DNA of 64,000 nucleotides, from positions 140,312 through 204,311 of the IMG/VR virus record IMGVR_UViG_3300010885_076238, one strand, 5' to 3'. Shown here piece by piece: positions 54,075-64,000 of this stretch. The translations under genes were made by a program, and so were the position numbers. The notes beneath the pieces were generated by a model. It had not been told where the DNA came from, did no database searches, and saw nothing but the letters and a program-made list of their open reading frames with translations. The first letter of the stretch is position 1, and every line of letters starts with the position of its first letter.

Positions 54075-54116
54075 TTGTTCCTTTAAACAATTATTACAGC
54101 ACAATATATATATTAT

Positions 54117-54557
54117 ATGAGCAAAGAAGAAGAAGAACATAAAGAAAATATTATTCCAATTAATAATTTGGAAAAAAAAGAAGAATTATCAATAATTTCT
54201 GATGAAAGCCTGTTAGGGGTTTATGGTGAAATAATGACTAATTTAAGGTCTGATCGTGACCAAGTTGCAGAATTAGTAAATACATTTTCGAACATGGTAA
54301 TAAACGATGGAGATTCATCAACTTCCAGTAAAGAAGCTTTGGTAAATCTTCTTAAGACAAAAATAGACGCTAGCGACAAAATGTCAAAAATTGCAGACCT
54401 GATGACGAGAATAAAATTAAAACAACCAGATACTTTCCAACCTTGGATGAATAAAAATAAAGAATCAAATGGCACCATAAATATCTATGACGCAAGTGGA
54501 GTCAATAGAAAATCGCTAATGGAAAGAATTCAAAAGGAAAAGAAAAATGAAAAATAA
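54117..54557 (+). CDS. Hypothetical helical protein
   Basis: First gene of a plus-strand late operon. Confidence 0.65.
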   Translation: MSKEEEEHKENIIPINNLEKKEELSIISDESLLGVYGEIMTNLRSDRDQVAELVNTFSNMVINDGDSSTSSKEALVNLLKTKIDASDKMSKIADLMTRIKLKQPDTFQPWMNKNKESNGTINIYDASGVNRKSLMERIQKEKKNEK

Positions 54558-55866
54558 TCTTGAAGATTGGCTAGTAGAATTTGAAATTCCTGCAGCAGCG
54601 GCAAATCCAGATTCTCCTATGGGACCTCCTACTGGAAATCCTGACTTTGCAGACACAATGTCAAATGACAATATGCCTCCTGACCCAAATGCCTCCAATA
54701 TGAGCCAAGACGATATGGGTCAAGAACCAGAACAAGAACCAGAAAATGCACCTCCTCCAGAAGAACAAGATAATGTTGAAATTCCAGATATGCCAGAAGA
54801 AAATTCAGAAAGTCAGGATTTTGAAGTTTGGAAATCAAATTATTTCAAAGAAACTATAAAAGGTAACGCAAATGATTTGGTGGACATGATATCACCAATA
54901 AGAGATAGAGAGGAGCTTCAGCCTTATCAAAGAAAGTTTGTAGAAGACAATTATAACATTCAACTAATTAGACTCAACTCTAATATTTTAGAGGCTTCAA
55001 GACTGATTAGAAAAAACATAAGAGAACAACTAGACAAGAATAATCCTGCAACAAGTGTGGTAACGCACGTTGTTAGCGTGTTGGATACAATGCCCCATCT
55101 TAATAACACTTTTATAAAAATGATGGGATATTCAGGTAATAAAGGAGAACTTCACAGAAAGTTCATAGCGGCCTTAACGGGATCCGTTCAGGTTAGCAGT
55201 AGTCCAGATAAAGAAAATATAATTTTCAATGAAAAAGAATATTCTATTAAGATGCCAACCAGATTGAATTCTGAGTGGGGTGACGTTGCTTTAGGAAGTT
55301 GGACTCTAAAAGAAGACGATCCAGAAAAATACCTATCAGAGCCAGAATTGAAGAGATTATCTGAGGGTAGTCCTGAAGAAAGAAATGTTCTAAGAAGAAG
55401 AGTTATAATTGAATCTATCTCCAAACAATTTGAAGAGCAAGCGTTCATTATAGATGTGGTTTCAGATAATGGAACAATTTATCATTTGGGATGGGACATT
55501 TCAAATGCTCTAAGAGGAGCATATACAGAAGGCAAAATTATAGTTAAAAACAACCCATCAGAAAATTCAGAGGCCATGATAAACGACGATGGAGCAATAA
55601 TCCCAGTTTTTGATTTGAAAATTTATTTTACAAGAGAGACAGGAAATCAGGATGAAAACGGCCCTGTTTATGAAGAAGTTGAATTTATGGCAAAAAGAAA
55701 CGGAATGCTTTTCTTGACTGCCGGGTTGGATCTAGTGAAGGAAGCATCTTCTGCAATGCAGGGGATTTCATTCAAAGAAGTTCCATATCAAGGAAATCCG
55801 AGCGACTTGAAATCAATGAGAAGATGTGTTTACAGTGCTCACGACATGTTAATGAGGCAATGCTAA
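54547..55866 (+). CDS. Hypothetical (probably virion) protein with acidic Pro-rich N-terminus
   Basis: 439-aa ORF; WLVE putative maturation site. Confidence 0.65.
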   Translation: MKNNLEDWLVEFEIPAAAANPDSPMGPPTGNPDFADTMSNDNMPPDPNASNMSQDDMGQEPEQEPENAPPPEEQDNVEIPDMPEENSESQDFEVWKSNYFKETIKGNANDLVDMISPIRDREELQPYQRKFVEDNYNIQLIRLNSNILEASRLIRKNIREQLDKNNPATSVVTHVVSVLDTMPHLNNTFIKMMGYSGNKGELHRKFIAALTGSVQVSSSPDKENIIFNEKEYSIKMPTRLNSEWGDVALGSWTLKEDDPEKYLSEPELKRLSEGSPEERNVLRRRVIIESISKQFEEQAFIIDVVSDNGTIYHLGWDISNALRGAYTEGKIIVKNNPSENSEAMINDDGAIIPVFDLKIYFTRETGNQDENGPVYEEVEFMAKRNGMLFLTAGLDLVKEASSAMQGISFKEVPYQGNPSDLKSMRRCVYSAHDMLMRQC

Positions 55867-56342
55867 TGAAATTTTCAAGCTTTATAGATATCAAGAATAA
55901 AAAAATAATAAAAGAATTAAAAATTCTTGAAGAAGTTTTGTCTAAAAATTTTGACATAAAGTCATTTTTAGAAAGTGAAAGTCCTTATATTTACTTAAAA
56001 TGCACGAAACAAGACGTTCCATTTGATGGAGTAAGACTTTATAAAATAGGATCCAATTGGGCCTACAGAGTTCAAAATGAAAGTGATAAAGAACCATACG
56101 GAAAAGCATATCCTTTAGATATAGAAAAAATGTTTGAAGATTTAATTCCAGATATGTCAGAAGAAGAGGCGGGAGAGAGCATTGCAGAAGCTCTAGTTGA
56201 TGAATTTAATAAGTTTTTCAGCAAAAGCTGTCAGATTGAGAAGGAAATTGGAATTGGCCTTTTTGATAAGAAAGATATTACCAATCAAAATCTAATAGTT
56301 GGAAGTAATAGCGGAGATTTTTCAAATAGCATTTATAAATAA
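55866..56342 (+). CDS. Hypothetical protein
   Basis: TAATG coupling; MKFSSFID. Confidence 0.6.
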   Translation: MKFSSFIDIKNKKIIKELKILEEVLSKNFDIKSFLESESPYIYLKCTKQDVPFDGVRLYKIGSNWAYRVQNESDKEPYGKAYPLDIEKMFEDLIPDMSEEEAGESIAEALVDEFNKFFSKSCQIEKEIGIGLFDKKDITNQNLIVGSNSGDFSNSIYK

Positions 56343-56347
56343 TCTTT

Positions 56348-56938
56348 ATGGCAGTTAATAAAGATTTATTATCAAGTATTTTTAAGCCCGTTAATCAAGA
56401 TGTAATTAAAAATCCCAATCCAAGAATTGATGCTAGATTTCCTTTCAAGAGGGGAAATTTAATTACTTTTAATTATACTTTTTGGAAAACCGACCCCTAC
56501 CCTCTCATAATTATTTCAAAAGAAGACAAAGCAAAAGGTTTTATCTGGGGGATAAATTTACATCGTTTATTGCATAACGATATACAAAAATTAGTATTGT
56601 TTTCTAAAGGTGGTAATTTTTCATATAGTAAAAATATTAAAACTTACACTCCATTTAAAGAAGCTTATAGGTCATATAAAATGCAAGGAATTAGGCAAGT
56701 AAAGACTTTAAATAAAGATTTTTTACTAAACATAATAGGAACAATAAGAAATCAAGATCCAGCTCAGGTTGAAATTATAAGAAAAAACGTACAAGAACAG
56801 ATTAGAAAACAAATTAATCCAAAAGCTTACGAAGTTAACGTGAAAACACTAAATAAACAAGAAGATCAATCTCAATCCCAAATAGGAATCGCTCCCGTCA
56901 TAAAGACAGTGCCTGTTGTACAAAATAAAACGGAATAA
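56348..56938 (+). CDS. T4 gp2-like DNA end-protector homolog
   Basis: G.LITFNY....D.YPLII......GINLH.L...AYRSY pattern. Confidence 0.55.
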   Translation: MAVNKDLLSSIFKPVNQDVIKNPNPRIDARFPFKRGNLITFNYTFWKTDPYPLIIISKEDKAKGFIWGINLHRLLHNDIQKLVLFSKGGNFSYSKNIKTYTPFKEAYRSYKMQGIRQVKTLNKDFLLNIIGTIRNQDPAQVEIIRKNVQEQIRKQINPKAYEVNVKTLNKQEDQSQSQIGIAPVIKTVPVVQNKTE

Positions 56939-56941
56939 TAA

Positions 56942-59900
56942 ATGGAAGAATTAAGAGATTCACTTAATAGAATGAAGTCATTTACAAATATGCTAAATGA
57001 CATACAAAAAGAATTAGAATCCGCTACAACGAGCAAGGATAAAATAGAAGAAAATGCTGAATTAAGTTCTGATATGGCTAGTTTGATACAAGAAAGTAAA
57101 AACCTTCAAAAGCAACAAGAAGAAGCAATACCAAAATTAAAAGAAGCGATAGACGAAGCAAAAAAAACATTGGTTGGCGAAGAAGAAATTGAAAACATGG
57201 AAGAATTTAGTGCTGCGATTACAGAACTATCAGGTAAAATTTTAGAAAGCAGTAAAGTTGAAAAGAAAACAATTAGTCAGCAAAAAAAACTCAACATATT
57301 AAATGAAAAATTTAACAAAGTAATATCTGAGGGTCTGGATTCTATTAGAGGAGGTACAATTAAAACTCCCCTTGCTGAAGCGGCACTATCTAGTGCTAGC
57401 CTGGCCGATGTTGGCTCTCCAGTAGTTGCAAGCGCCATTCAAGAATCTCAAGAAAAATTATCGACACCCTCCCCAGTAGATTTTGCTAGAGAAAAAATAA
57501 AAGAACTAAATGTCGAACAATTAAAAGCTAAAATATTAAGTGGCAGTATTGCAGGAGGAGGAATTGGTGGAGGCGGTGGAGGAAAAGGTAAAGGCAAAGG
57601 AGAATTTGGAGATGGAAATGATGATGATATAAATATTAAAGAATATTTAGAAAAACAAAAGTTATCACAATGGAGAGATAAGATTTCTTCTCAAATTTCT
57701 GACTATGTTGTAGGAATTTTAGGAGGAGCGTCTTTAGGACAAAAGCTATTTAGAGGTTCTTTTAAAGATGCTTTAGATTTTAGAGTAGAGATGAGAAAAA
57801 TTGCAATGCAAGTGGAAGGGATCGGCTCTTCAACAAGAGGATTGCAAAATGATTTTACAGATTTAGGCAAAAATATAGTTGCTGAAACCGGACTTCCTTT
57901 AGAAAAATTGCAAGAAGCGGTGCTAAAAAATTCTCAGAAAGGATTGCTATCAATAGGAAAAGGAAATAAGTCCCAAAAAGAAGGCGTAAAAGTTTTAAAG
58001 AGCGGTCTTCATGTTTCTGGAATGATAGGCTCTGATGCCGCTCAAACAGCAGATCTTTTTGGAGACTGGCACAGAACATTAGCTCTAAGTTCAGATCAAA
58101 TGGATCAATTGGCTAGAGATTCAAGATCTGTAGCTAGGGCAACCGGAATTACCGGAGATGAATTATTAGATGCTATGAAATCATCTGAGAAGGTTTTAGA
58201 GAACCTAAGAAACCAAGGAAATCTTACCAATGTCGCAATGAAAAATGTAATCAGAGGAGCGGCAGAAGCTAAAAAGTTAGGTGTAAGTGAATCGTTCAGC
58301 AAAATAACTGATGCGATGACAAGCACTAATAAATTTTTATTCGAAGCTGATGATCAAACAAAAGCTTTCTTGGGATCAATTGCCTCTAGCACAGGTACAT
58401 TTGACAAGCTTATATCAGGAAGAATGACTCAATCTCAAGATGGAATGGCAAGGTTTGCTGAGGGAATGGAAGAACAAATAAAAAGAATGAGCGGCGGCAG
58501 AATAACAAGTTTTGAAAATTTTGATGATCAAATATCAAAAATGTCAGATAGAGACATAACAGCATTGTCTGCGACTATAAAAAAATTGACGGGATTAGAG
58601 CTAGGAGAATTTGGAAAATTAGGAAATGTTTATAAAAAAATGGGAGAAGGTTTGGCTGGGACTTTAAAAGATTTGTCCCAAGTAATGAATAGTTCTACTG
58701 CGACTACTGAGGAAAGAAAAAAAGCTGAGCAGGATTATTCCAAAGCAATAAAAGATGGCGGACTTTCCATGCTAAATAACATCGGGGAAAGAATAAAAAT
58801 TTCTGGCCAGGGCACAAAAGAGTACTTTGAAAACTTAACAAATCCAAAAAATGAATCTCAAATATCGCAACGTAAAGATTTCGACTTGAATGCAGAGGCA
58901 ATTCTAGGCAAATCCATTAAGGGAATGAACCCAGAAGAAATTATGAGGCAAGTTGCCCAAGTCACAAATGAAAAATTACAAAAATTAGCTAAAGATCAAA
59001 ATGTTAGTGTGGAAGACTTTGGCCCAGCTTTAGAAAAAGCCTTTTCTAAAGGAGGGGCTGGGGGGCAAGAATTTAGAGAACTTCTAGGGAAGATGAGCGA
59101 ATCAGAAAAAAAAGTATCCATGAAAGAAAATAAATCTGTGGATCCTTTTGTGCAGCTTGGACAAACCTTAGAAGAAACAAATGAATACTTAAGAAAATTG
59201 AGTGGAGGATTGCTTGGAAAGCTAATAGACGGACTAGGAAGCACAGGATTAATGCTTGCTGCTTTCGGAGGGACATTTGCAGCAATTACTTTCAAACTCA
59301 GAAACTCACTTGAAGACGGAATACTTGGTAAGTTTTTAGGAAAGAGTAAAAATCCCGATGGTACTGAAGGCACTTCTAAACTTAGCTCTGCGTTTTCTAG
59401 ATTTAGCAAAGAATTTAAGAGTGCTAGAAAAGGATTTGGAGGTGAAGGAACCGTCGGGAGTATTGCTAGGTTTAGGGAACTAAGGAACCAAGGACTTTCT
59501 TTAAGAGATGCCAGAGATAAAGTAAAAGAATCAGGCGGGTCTTTTTATAATCCCGCAACTTTATTTCAATCTTTCAAAAAAGGAACAAGCGGATTCATAG
59601 ATGAACTTACAGGAGAGCAAGACTCGATACTTAAATTAAAAAATGGATTTAATAATACGGTATCTACTCTAAAAAGTGCTTCTTCTAATTTTGGAAAAGC
59701 ATTTAAAGAGTCTGGGTCTATAATTGATGGTTTCAAGAATGGAGGCGATGCATTTATAGCAACAATAACAGGAAAAACCGGTGCGATTTCTGGGGCCTTT
59801 TCTAAAGCCACTGCATTTATGGCAGGACCAATCGGTCAAGTATTGAAAAAGGCAATAGGTCCCGCAGTTCTTTTATTGGGAGCTGTAAAAGGAGTGATGG

Positions 59901-62900
59901 AATCAAAAGAAGCAGGCAGAACAAAAACTGAGGGTGCAATTCTAGGAGCTTTGACCGGTGGTGCTAAAACAGGTTCTTTCTTAAGTTCTAGTCTTGGAAT
60001 TAAAAAAGGATCAACGGCAGATAAAACTCTCGGTGTAGGAGGTGCAGCAGTTTGGGGAGCAACAGCAGGAGCTGCCATAAGCTTGTCTTTGGGTGGAATG
60101 GATTTAGGGGCAAGTGCCATAGTCGGAGCTGTGATAGGAGCTTTTGTAGAAATTATAAAAATAGTAACAGCAGGCACTGATATACTAGAAACTATAGTTA
60201 AGCCAGTTCAGGTTTTAGTAGATTATGTTTATTTCATATGTCAAGACATATATGACATTCTAGCGGGCATTGTTACTTTAGATTTGGGAAGAGTATTCAA
60301 AGGAATATTTAATGCAATTGGTAGTACCATAGCATTAATACCAAGATTTCTGATGGGAGCCATAGAATCTATATTTATAGGTGTTCCTAAGTTGATACTA
60401 AGATCTATAAGTATGATTTGGGAAATTCCCAAGATGCTTATGGAATCTATTTTAGGTGGATTAGCCAGCATGGCAAATAATGCTTGGGTAGGTCCTATAT
60501 TCAAGACTTTACATGATGCGTTCAAAGCTTTGTTTGATGGATTTATGGCTGTTTGGACTCCAATATCAGAAATATTCAGTGGGCTTTATACAGTATTTAA
60601 TGATTTAGGAAAAGCTTTATTTGGGGCTAGTGCGGGTGGAGGAATTTTGTCGGGTTTGATGTGGGCCTTACAAAAGGCGGTGTGGGGAGTCGCATATGTT
60701 ATTAGTTGGATTTTATCTCCTCTTATTTTACTTGCAAAAGCTTTGGGTTTTGTTTTGAAAATTGTTGGAGCTTTAATCAAAGGCATCATATATCCATTCC
60801 AATATCTATATGAGGTTCTTGTTGGACATTCAATTGTTCCAGATCTTGTCACTGCTATTATCTCTTGGTTCACAAAGCTACCAGAAAAAATTCCAGGTTT
60901 AATCATGGGAATAGTCTCTTTGTTTGCCAAGCTTCCATTTTTAATTTTTTCATCTCTACTGTCTATTCCAAAAATGATTGGTGCTGCATTTTCAAATGCT
61001 GGGTCTTATTTAGAAGGCTTTTCAACAATACCACTTATTGGACCGATGATAGCTCAGATTGGAAATCTTATAAGATTTATAGGAAATACAATTTCAATAT
61101 TTGCAAATGGTTTGGGTTATTTGGCTTCAATCATTGAAGGTATTTTTACTTTTGATGGAACCAAGTTGCTAAACGGAATAAAAGGAATTGGCAGCACGAT
61201 AATAGCATCAATATCAAACATAGGATCTTTTTTATATAAAACAATTGCCAATGCATTTGCTAATGTTGTTGGACTAATAACCTTCATACCATCTTTAATT
61301 GGCAAGGTCATATCAGGAATTGCCAGCATAATAATTGCAATACCATCTTTACTTGGTAAAGCCATAGCAGGCATTGGCAGTATGATCGTTGCAATACCAT
61401 CTATGATTGCAAAAGCATTTCTAAATATAGGTTCTTATCTTCAAAGTTTTGGAACAGGAAACATATTTTCTGGTTTTATTTCTCAATTAGGTAATTTTTA
61501 TTCTTACATAGGAAATACAATAAGCAATGTTGTAAAGTCTGTTCTAGGTTTTTTCAAGATACTACAAGGAATAGTCACTCTTGATTTTGGGAAAATATGG
61601 GAAGGAATTTCAGCGATTGGATCAGCAATAATTGGACAAATTAAAAACTTTGGGACATTCTTGATTCAAGGAATTAAGAACTTTGGATCTTCTTTATTAA
61701 ATACATTCAAAAAAGTCTCACAGTTTTTCTTTTATATATTAAAGAAAACATTAATAGATTTCCCTAAGTGGCTCTTAGGAAAAGTCATGGAAGTTGCCTA
61801 TTTATTTGGCAACTTCTTGATGGGAGTGCCGAAAATTTTACTAAATGGATTTGTTAATGCAATAAGAGCTGTTGGAAAGTACATTTACGATACTATAACT
61901 TATCCATTTAGAAAAATATGGGAAGGATTAGTTTGGGCAGGTAATAAAGCAAATGAAATTTGGAATGGATTTGTTTCCTACGTTGGGTCATTTTTTAATT
62001 TGGACTCTTGGTCTAGTTGGTTTTCTGGTCTAGGTGAATCAATTTTTGGATCTATCAAATCAGCTCTTGTAGATTTCCCATCTTGGCTTGGTTCTAAAAT
62101 AATTAGTGGATTATCTACAATTGGAGATGGATTGAAATCTGTATTTATGGATTTTCCCATGTGGTTGGGATCAACTATTGCTAGTGGTTTGAAATCTGTG
62201 TTTTTGGACTTGCCAACATGGTTGGGATCAACTATTGCTAGTGGTTTAAAGTCTGTATTTGTCGATTTGCCGATGTGGATAGGATCAACAATAAAAGACG
62301 CTTTTGTTAATTTATTTTCTAGTATACCTTCTGCAATTTATGGTGCTTTCCATTCTGCTGCCTCGGCTGTTGGCTTAGGTTGGCTCGTTGAAAAAATGGG
62401 AGGTGGAGGTGGAGGCAAGGGAAAAACAGCTGAAGCAAACAATGCGTCTGCGGAAGCAGGAAAGACACAGTTCAGTATGGTCAATAGTCTGGTCGGATTC
62501 GGAGCTTTGGGAGCTGCTGTATTAGGCTTCAAAAAAATAATTCCAGGAATCTACAACTCAGCAACTGCCGCTTTCAGCAAAGTTGGATCATTTGTTCCAA
62601 GTTTATCTGCAATTGCTAGTGGCTCTTTTGATAAATTAAAATCATTCGTTCCAAGCTTGTCAAAAATTGCTGGTGGGGCATTCGATAGGTTAAAATCATT
62701 TGTTCCAAGCTTGTCAAAAATTGCCAGTGGAGCATTCGATAAGTTAAAATCATTTGCTCCAGGTTTGTCAAAAATTGCCAGCGTGGCGTTTGATAAAGTA
62801 AAGAATTTCTTTGCACCCATGACAAAAGGATTTTCTAAAGCAATAAAATCAGGAGAAGGAATGTTTTCTTCGATTGGCAGAGGAATTAAGAGTCAATTCA

Positions 62901-64000
62901 TGTCAATGACCAAAGGAAAGCCAATAGGAGAATTAGCAAAAGCAGCGTTTGGCAAAGTTAAAAATCTAGTTCCTAAAAATGTAACCAACTTTGCAAAAAG
63001 TTCATTTGATAAAGTGAAAAATCTAGCTCCTAAGAGCATAACCAATTTCACAAAAAGTTCATTTGATAATGCAAAAAATTTCTTTAGTCCTATGACAAAA
63101 GCATTTTCTAAGGCTATGAAATCTGGGGAGGGTGTGTTTTCCTCCATGAGCAGGGCGGCCAAGAGCCAGTTTATGTCAATGACCAAGGGGAAACCAATAG
63201 GAGAATTGGCGAAAAGTGCGTTTGATAAAATAAAAAATCTAGCTCCTAAGAGCATAACCAATTTCGCAAAAAGTTCATTTGATAAAATAAAAAATCTAGC
63301 TCCTAAGAGCATAACCAATTTCGCAAAAAGTTCATTTGATAAAGTAAAGAGCTTAGTTCCTAAAAACGTAACCAATTTCGCAAAAAGTTCATTTGATAAA
63401 ATAAAAAATCTAGCTCCTAAGAGCATAACCAATTTCGCAAAAGGTTCATTTGATAAAGTAAAGAGCTTAGTTCCTAAAAACGTAACCAATTTCGCAAAAA
63501 GTTCATTTGATAAAGTAAAGAGCTTAGTTCCTAAAAACGTAACCAAATTTGCAAAAGGTTCATTCGATAAAATAAAAAATCTAACTCCCAAAGGCATAAC
63601 GAATTTTGCGAAAAAATCATTATCTAAAGGGTTTGGAGTCGCTAAAGGTCTAGCAGGAAAAGCAGGAGGATTATTATCTAGTGGTGCTGGAATGGCCAAG
63701 GGTCTAGCAGGAAAAGCAGGAGGATTACTATCAAAAGGTGCTGGGGTGGCTAAAGATCTAGCAGGAAAAGCAGGAGGATTACTATCAAAAGGTGCTGGCA
63801 TGGCCAAGGGTCTAGCAGGAAAAGCAGGGGGATTATTATCTAGTGGTGCTGGAATGACAGGAGGATTGTTGTCCAAAGGTGCTGGCATGGCCAAGGGTCT
63901 AGCAGGAAAAGCAGGGGGATTATTATCTAGTGGTGCTGGGGCGGCAGGAGGATTACTATCAAAAGGTGCTGGAGTGGCCAAGGGTCTAGCAGGAAAAGCA
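56942..64000 (+). CDS. Very large tape-measure-like protein (>=2353 aa, runs off the window; missing from the ORF track)
   Basis: ATG 56942 and in-frame reads at sampled points to the window end; coiled-coil N-terminus, hydrophobic amphipathic middle, 18/19-aa repeats. Confidence 0.8.
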   Translation, partial: MEELRDSLNRMKSFTNMLNDIQKELESATTSKDKIEENAELSSDMASLIQESKNLQKQQEEAIPKLKEAIDEAKKTLVGEEEIENMEEFSAAITELSGKILESSKVEKKTISQQKKLNILNEKFNKVISEGLDSIRGGTIKTPLAEAALSSASLADVGSPVVASAIQESQEKLSTPSPVDFAREKIKELNVEQLKAKILSGSIAGGGIGGGGGGKGKGKGEFGDGNDDDINIKEYLEKQKLSQWRDKISSQISDYVVGILGGASLGQKLFRGSFKDALDFRVEMRKIAMQVEGIGSSTRGLQNDFTDLGKNIVAETGLPLEKLQEAVLKNSQKGLLSIGKGNKSQKEGVKVLKSGLHVSGMIGSDAAQTADLFGDWHRTLALSSDQMDQLARDSRSVARATGITGDELLDAMKSSEKVLENLRNQGNLTNVAMKNVIRGAAEAKKLGVSESFSKITDAMTSTNKFLFEADDQTKAFLGSIASSTGTFDKLISGRMTQSQDGMARFAEGMEEQIKRMSGGRITSFENFDDQISKMSDRDITALSATIKKLTGLELGEFGKLGNVYKKMGEGLAGTLKDLSQVMNSSTATTEERKKAEQDYSKAIKDGGLSMLNNIGERIKISGQGTKEYFENLTNPKNESQISQRKDFDLNAEAILGKSIKGMNPEEIMRQVAQVTNEKLQKLAKDQNVSVEDFGPALEKAFSKGGAGGQEFRELLGKMSESEKKVSMKENKSVDPFVQLGQTLEETNEYLRKLSGGLLGKLIDGLGSTGLMLAAFGGTFAAITFKLRNSLEDGILGKFLGKSKNPDGTEGTSKLSSAFSRFSKEFKSARKGFGGEGTVGSIARFRELRNQGLSLRDARDKVKESGGSFYNPATLFQSFKKGTSGFIDELTGEQDSILKLKNGFNNTVSTLKSASSNFGKAFKESGSIIDGFKNGGDAFIATITGKTGAISGAFSKATAFMAGPIGQVLKKAIGPAVLLLGAVKGVMESKEAGRTKTEGAILGALTGGAKTGSFLSSSLGIKKGSTADKTLGVGGAAVWGATAGAAISLSLGGMDLGASAIVGAVIGAFVEIIKIVTAGTDILETIVKPVQVLVDYVYFICQDIYDILAGIVTLDLGRVFKGIFNAIGSTIALIPRFLMGAIESIFIGVPKLILRSISMIWEIPKMLMESILGGLASMANNAWVGPIFKTLHDAFKALFDGFMAVWTPISEIFSGLYTVFNDLGKALFGASAGGGILSGLMWALQKAVWGVAYVISWILSPLILLAKALGFVLKIVGALIKGIIYPFQYLYEVLVGHSIVPDLVTAIISWFTKLPEKIPGLIMGIVSLFAKLPFLIFSSLLSIPKMIGAAFSNAGSYLEGFSTIPLIGPMIAQIGNLIRFIGNTISIFANGLGYLASIIEGIFTFDGTKLLNGIKGIGSTIIASISNIGSFLYKTIANAFANVVGLITFIPSLIGKVISGIASIIIAIPSLLGKAIAGIGSMIVAIPSMIAKAFLNIGSYLQSFGTGNIFSGFISQLGNFYSYIGNTISNVVKSVLGFFKILQGIVTLDFGKIWEGISAIGSAIIGQIKNFGTFLIQGIKNFGSSLLNTFKKVSQFFFYILKKTLIDFPKWLLGKVMEVAYLFGNFLMGVPKILLNGFVNAIRAVGKYIYDTITYPFRKIWEGLVWAGNKANEIWNGFVSYVGSFFNLDSWSSWFSGLGESIFGSIKSALVDFPSWLGSKIISGLSTIGDGLKSVFMDFPMWLGSTIASGLKSVFLDLPTWLGSTIASGLKSVFVDLPMWIGSTIKDAFVNLFSSIPSAIYGAFHSAASAVGLGWLVEKMGGGGGGKGKTAEANNASAEAGKTQFSMVNSLVGFGALGAAVLGFKKIIPGIYNSATAAFSKVGSFVPSLSAIASGSFDKLKSFVPSLSKIAGGAFDRLKSFVPSLSKIASGAFDKLKSFAPGLSKIASVAFDKVKNFFAPMTKGFSKAIKSGEGMFSSIGRGIKSQFMSMTKGKPIGELAKAAFGKVKNLVPKNVTNFAKSSFDKVKNLAPKSITNFTKSSFDNAKNFFSPMTKAFSKAMKSGEGVFSSMSRAAKSQFMSMTKGKPIGELAKSAFDKIKNLAPKSITNFAKSSFDKIKNLAPKSITNFAKSSFDKVKSLVPKNVTNFAKSSFDKIKNLAPKSITNFAKGSFDKVKSLVPKNVTNFAKSSFDKVKSLVPKNVTKFAKGSFDKIKNLTPKGITNFAKKSLSKGFGVAKGLAGKAGGLLSSGAGMAKGLAGKAGGLLSKGAGVAKDLAGKAGGLLSKGAGMAKGLAGKAGGLLSSGAGMTGGLLSKGAGMAKGLAGKAGGLLSSGAGAAGGLLSKGAGVAKGLAGKA
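62560..64000 (+). repeat. Coding tandem repeats (57-bp and 54-bp units) in the tape-measure-like gene
   Basis: FDKIKNLAPKSITNFAKSS (19 aa) and GLAGKAGGLLSKGAGMAK (18 aa) arrays. Confidence 0.85.

Noticed and set aside
57855-63981. Minus-strand ORFs, including the 362-aa repeat ORF
   Set aside because: Antisense shadows of the large plus-strand tape-measure-like gene.

Overview
This is a 64-kb segment of a large tailed-phage (jumbo/T4-superfamily-like) genome with two sharply different halves. Positions 1 to ~26,300 are an all-plus-strand early/accessory region of short genes in single-gene cassettes. These cassettes are built from about 40 copies of a phage-type promoter (AAAATAATTTT-N~10-CGTTAT), 13 copies of a covarying 5'-leader hairpin, and 24 same-orientation copies of a 17-bp box (AAACACCTRATGTTTAT) that often has a GCACA partner ~80 bp upstream. 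This half also holds several unassigned structured RNAs and odd tRNAs. After an AT-rich repeat-containing boundary (~26,315-26,570) the DNA becomes much more AT-rich. The second half encodes putative capsid-targeted proteins, sulfo-/glyco-/methyltransferases, two tRNA clusters, a tmRNA, an HNH endonuclease, a CCA-adding-enzyme homolog lacking its catalytic aspartates, a gp2-like protein and the start of a >2,350-aa tape-measure-like gene. The most unusual items are the repeat-punctuated cassette architecture, a tRNA-Asn whose anticodon is split by a 64-nt tRNA-like insert, and a tandem cluster of five structured ncRNAs. All calls were made by eye from motifs, with no database searches. The host is unknown; a few proteins hint weakly at Planctomycetota.
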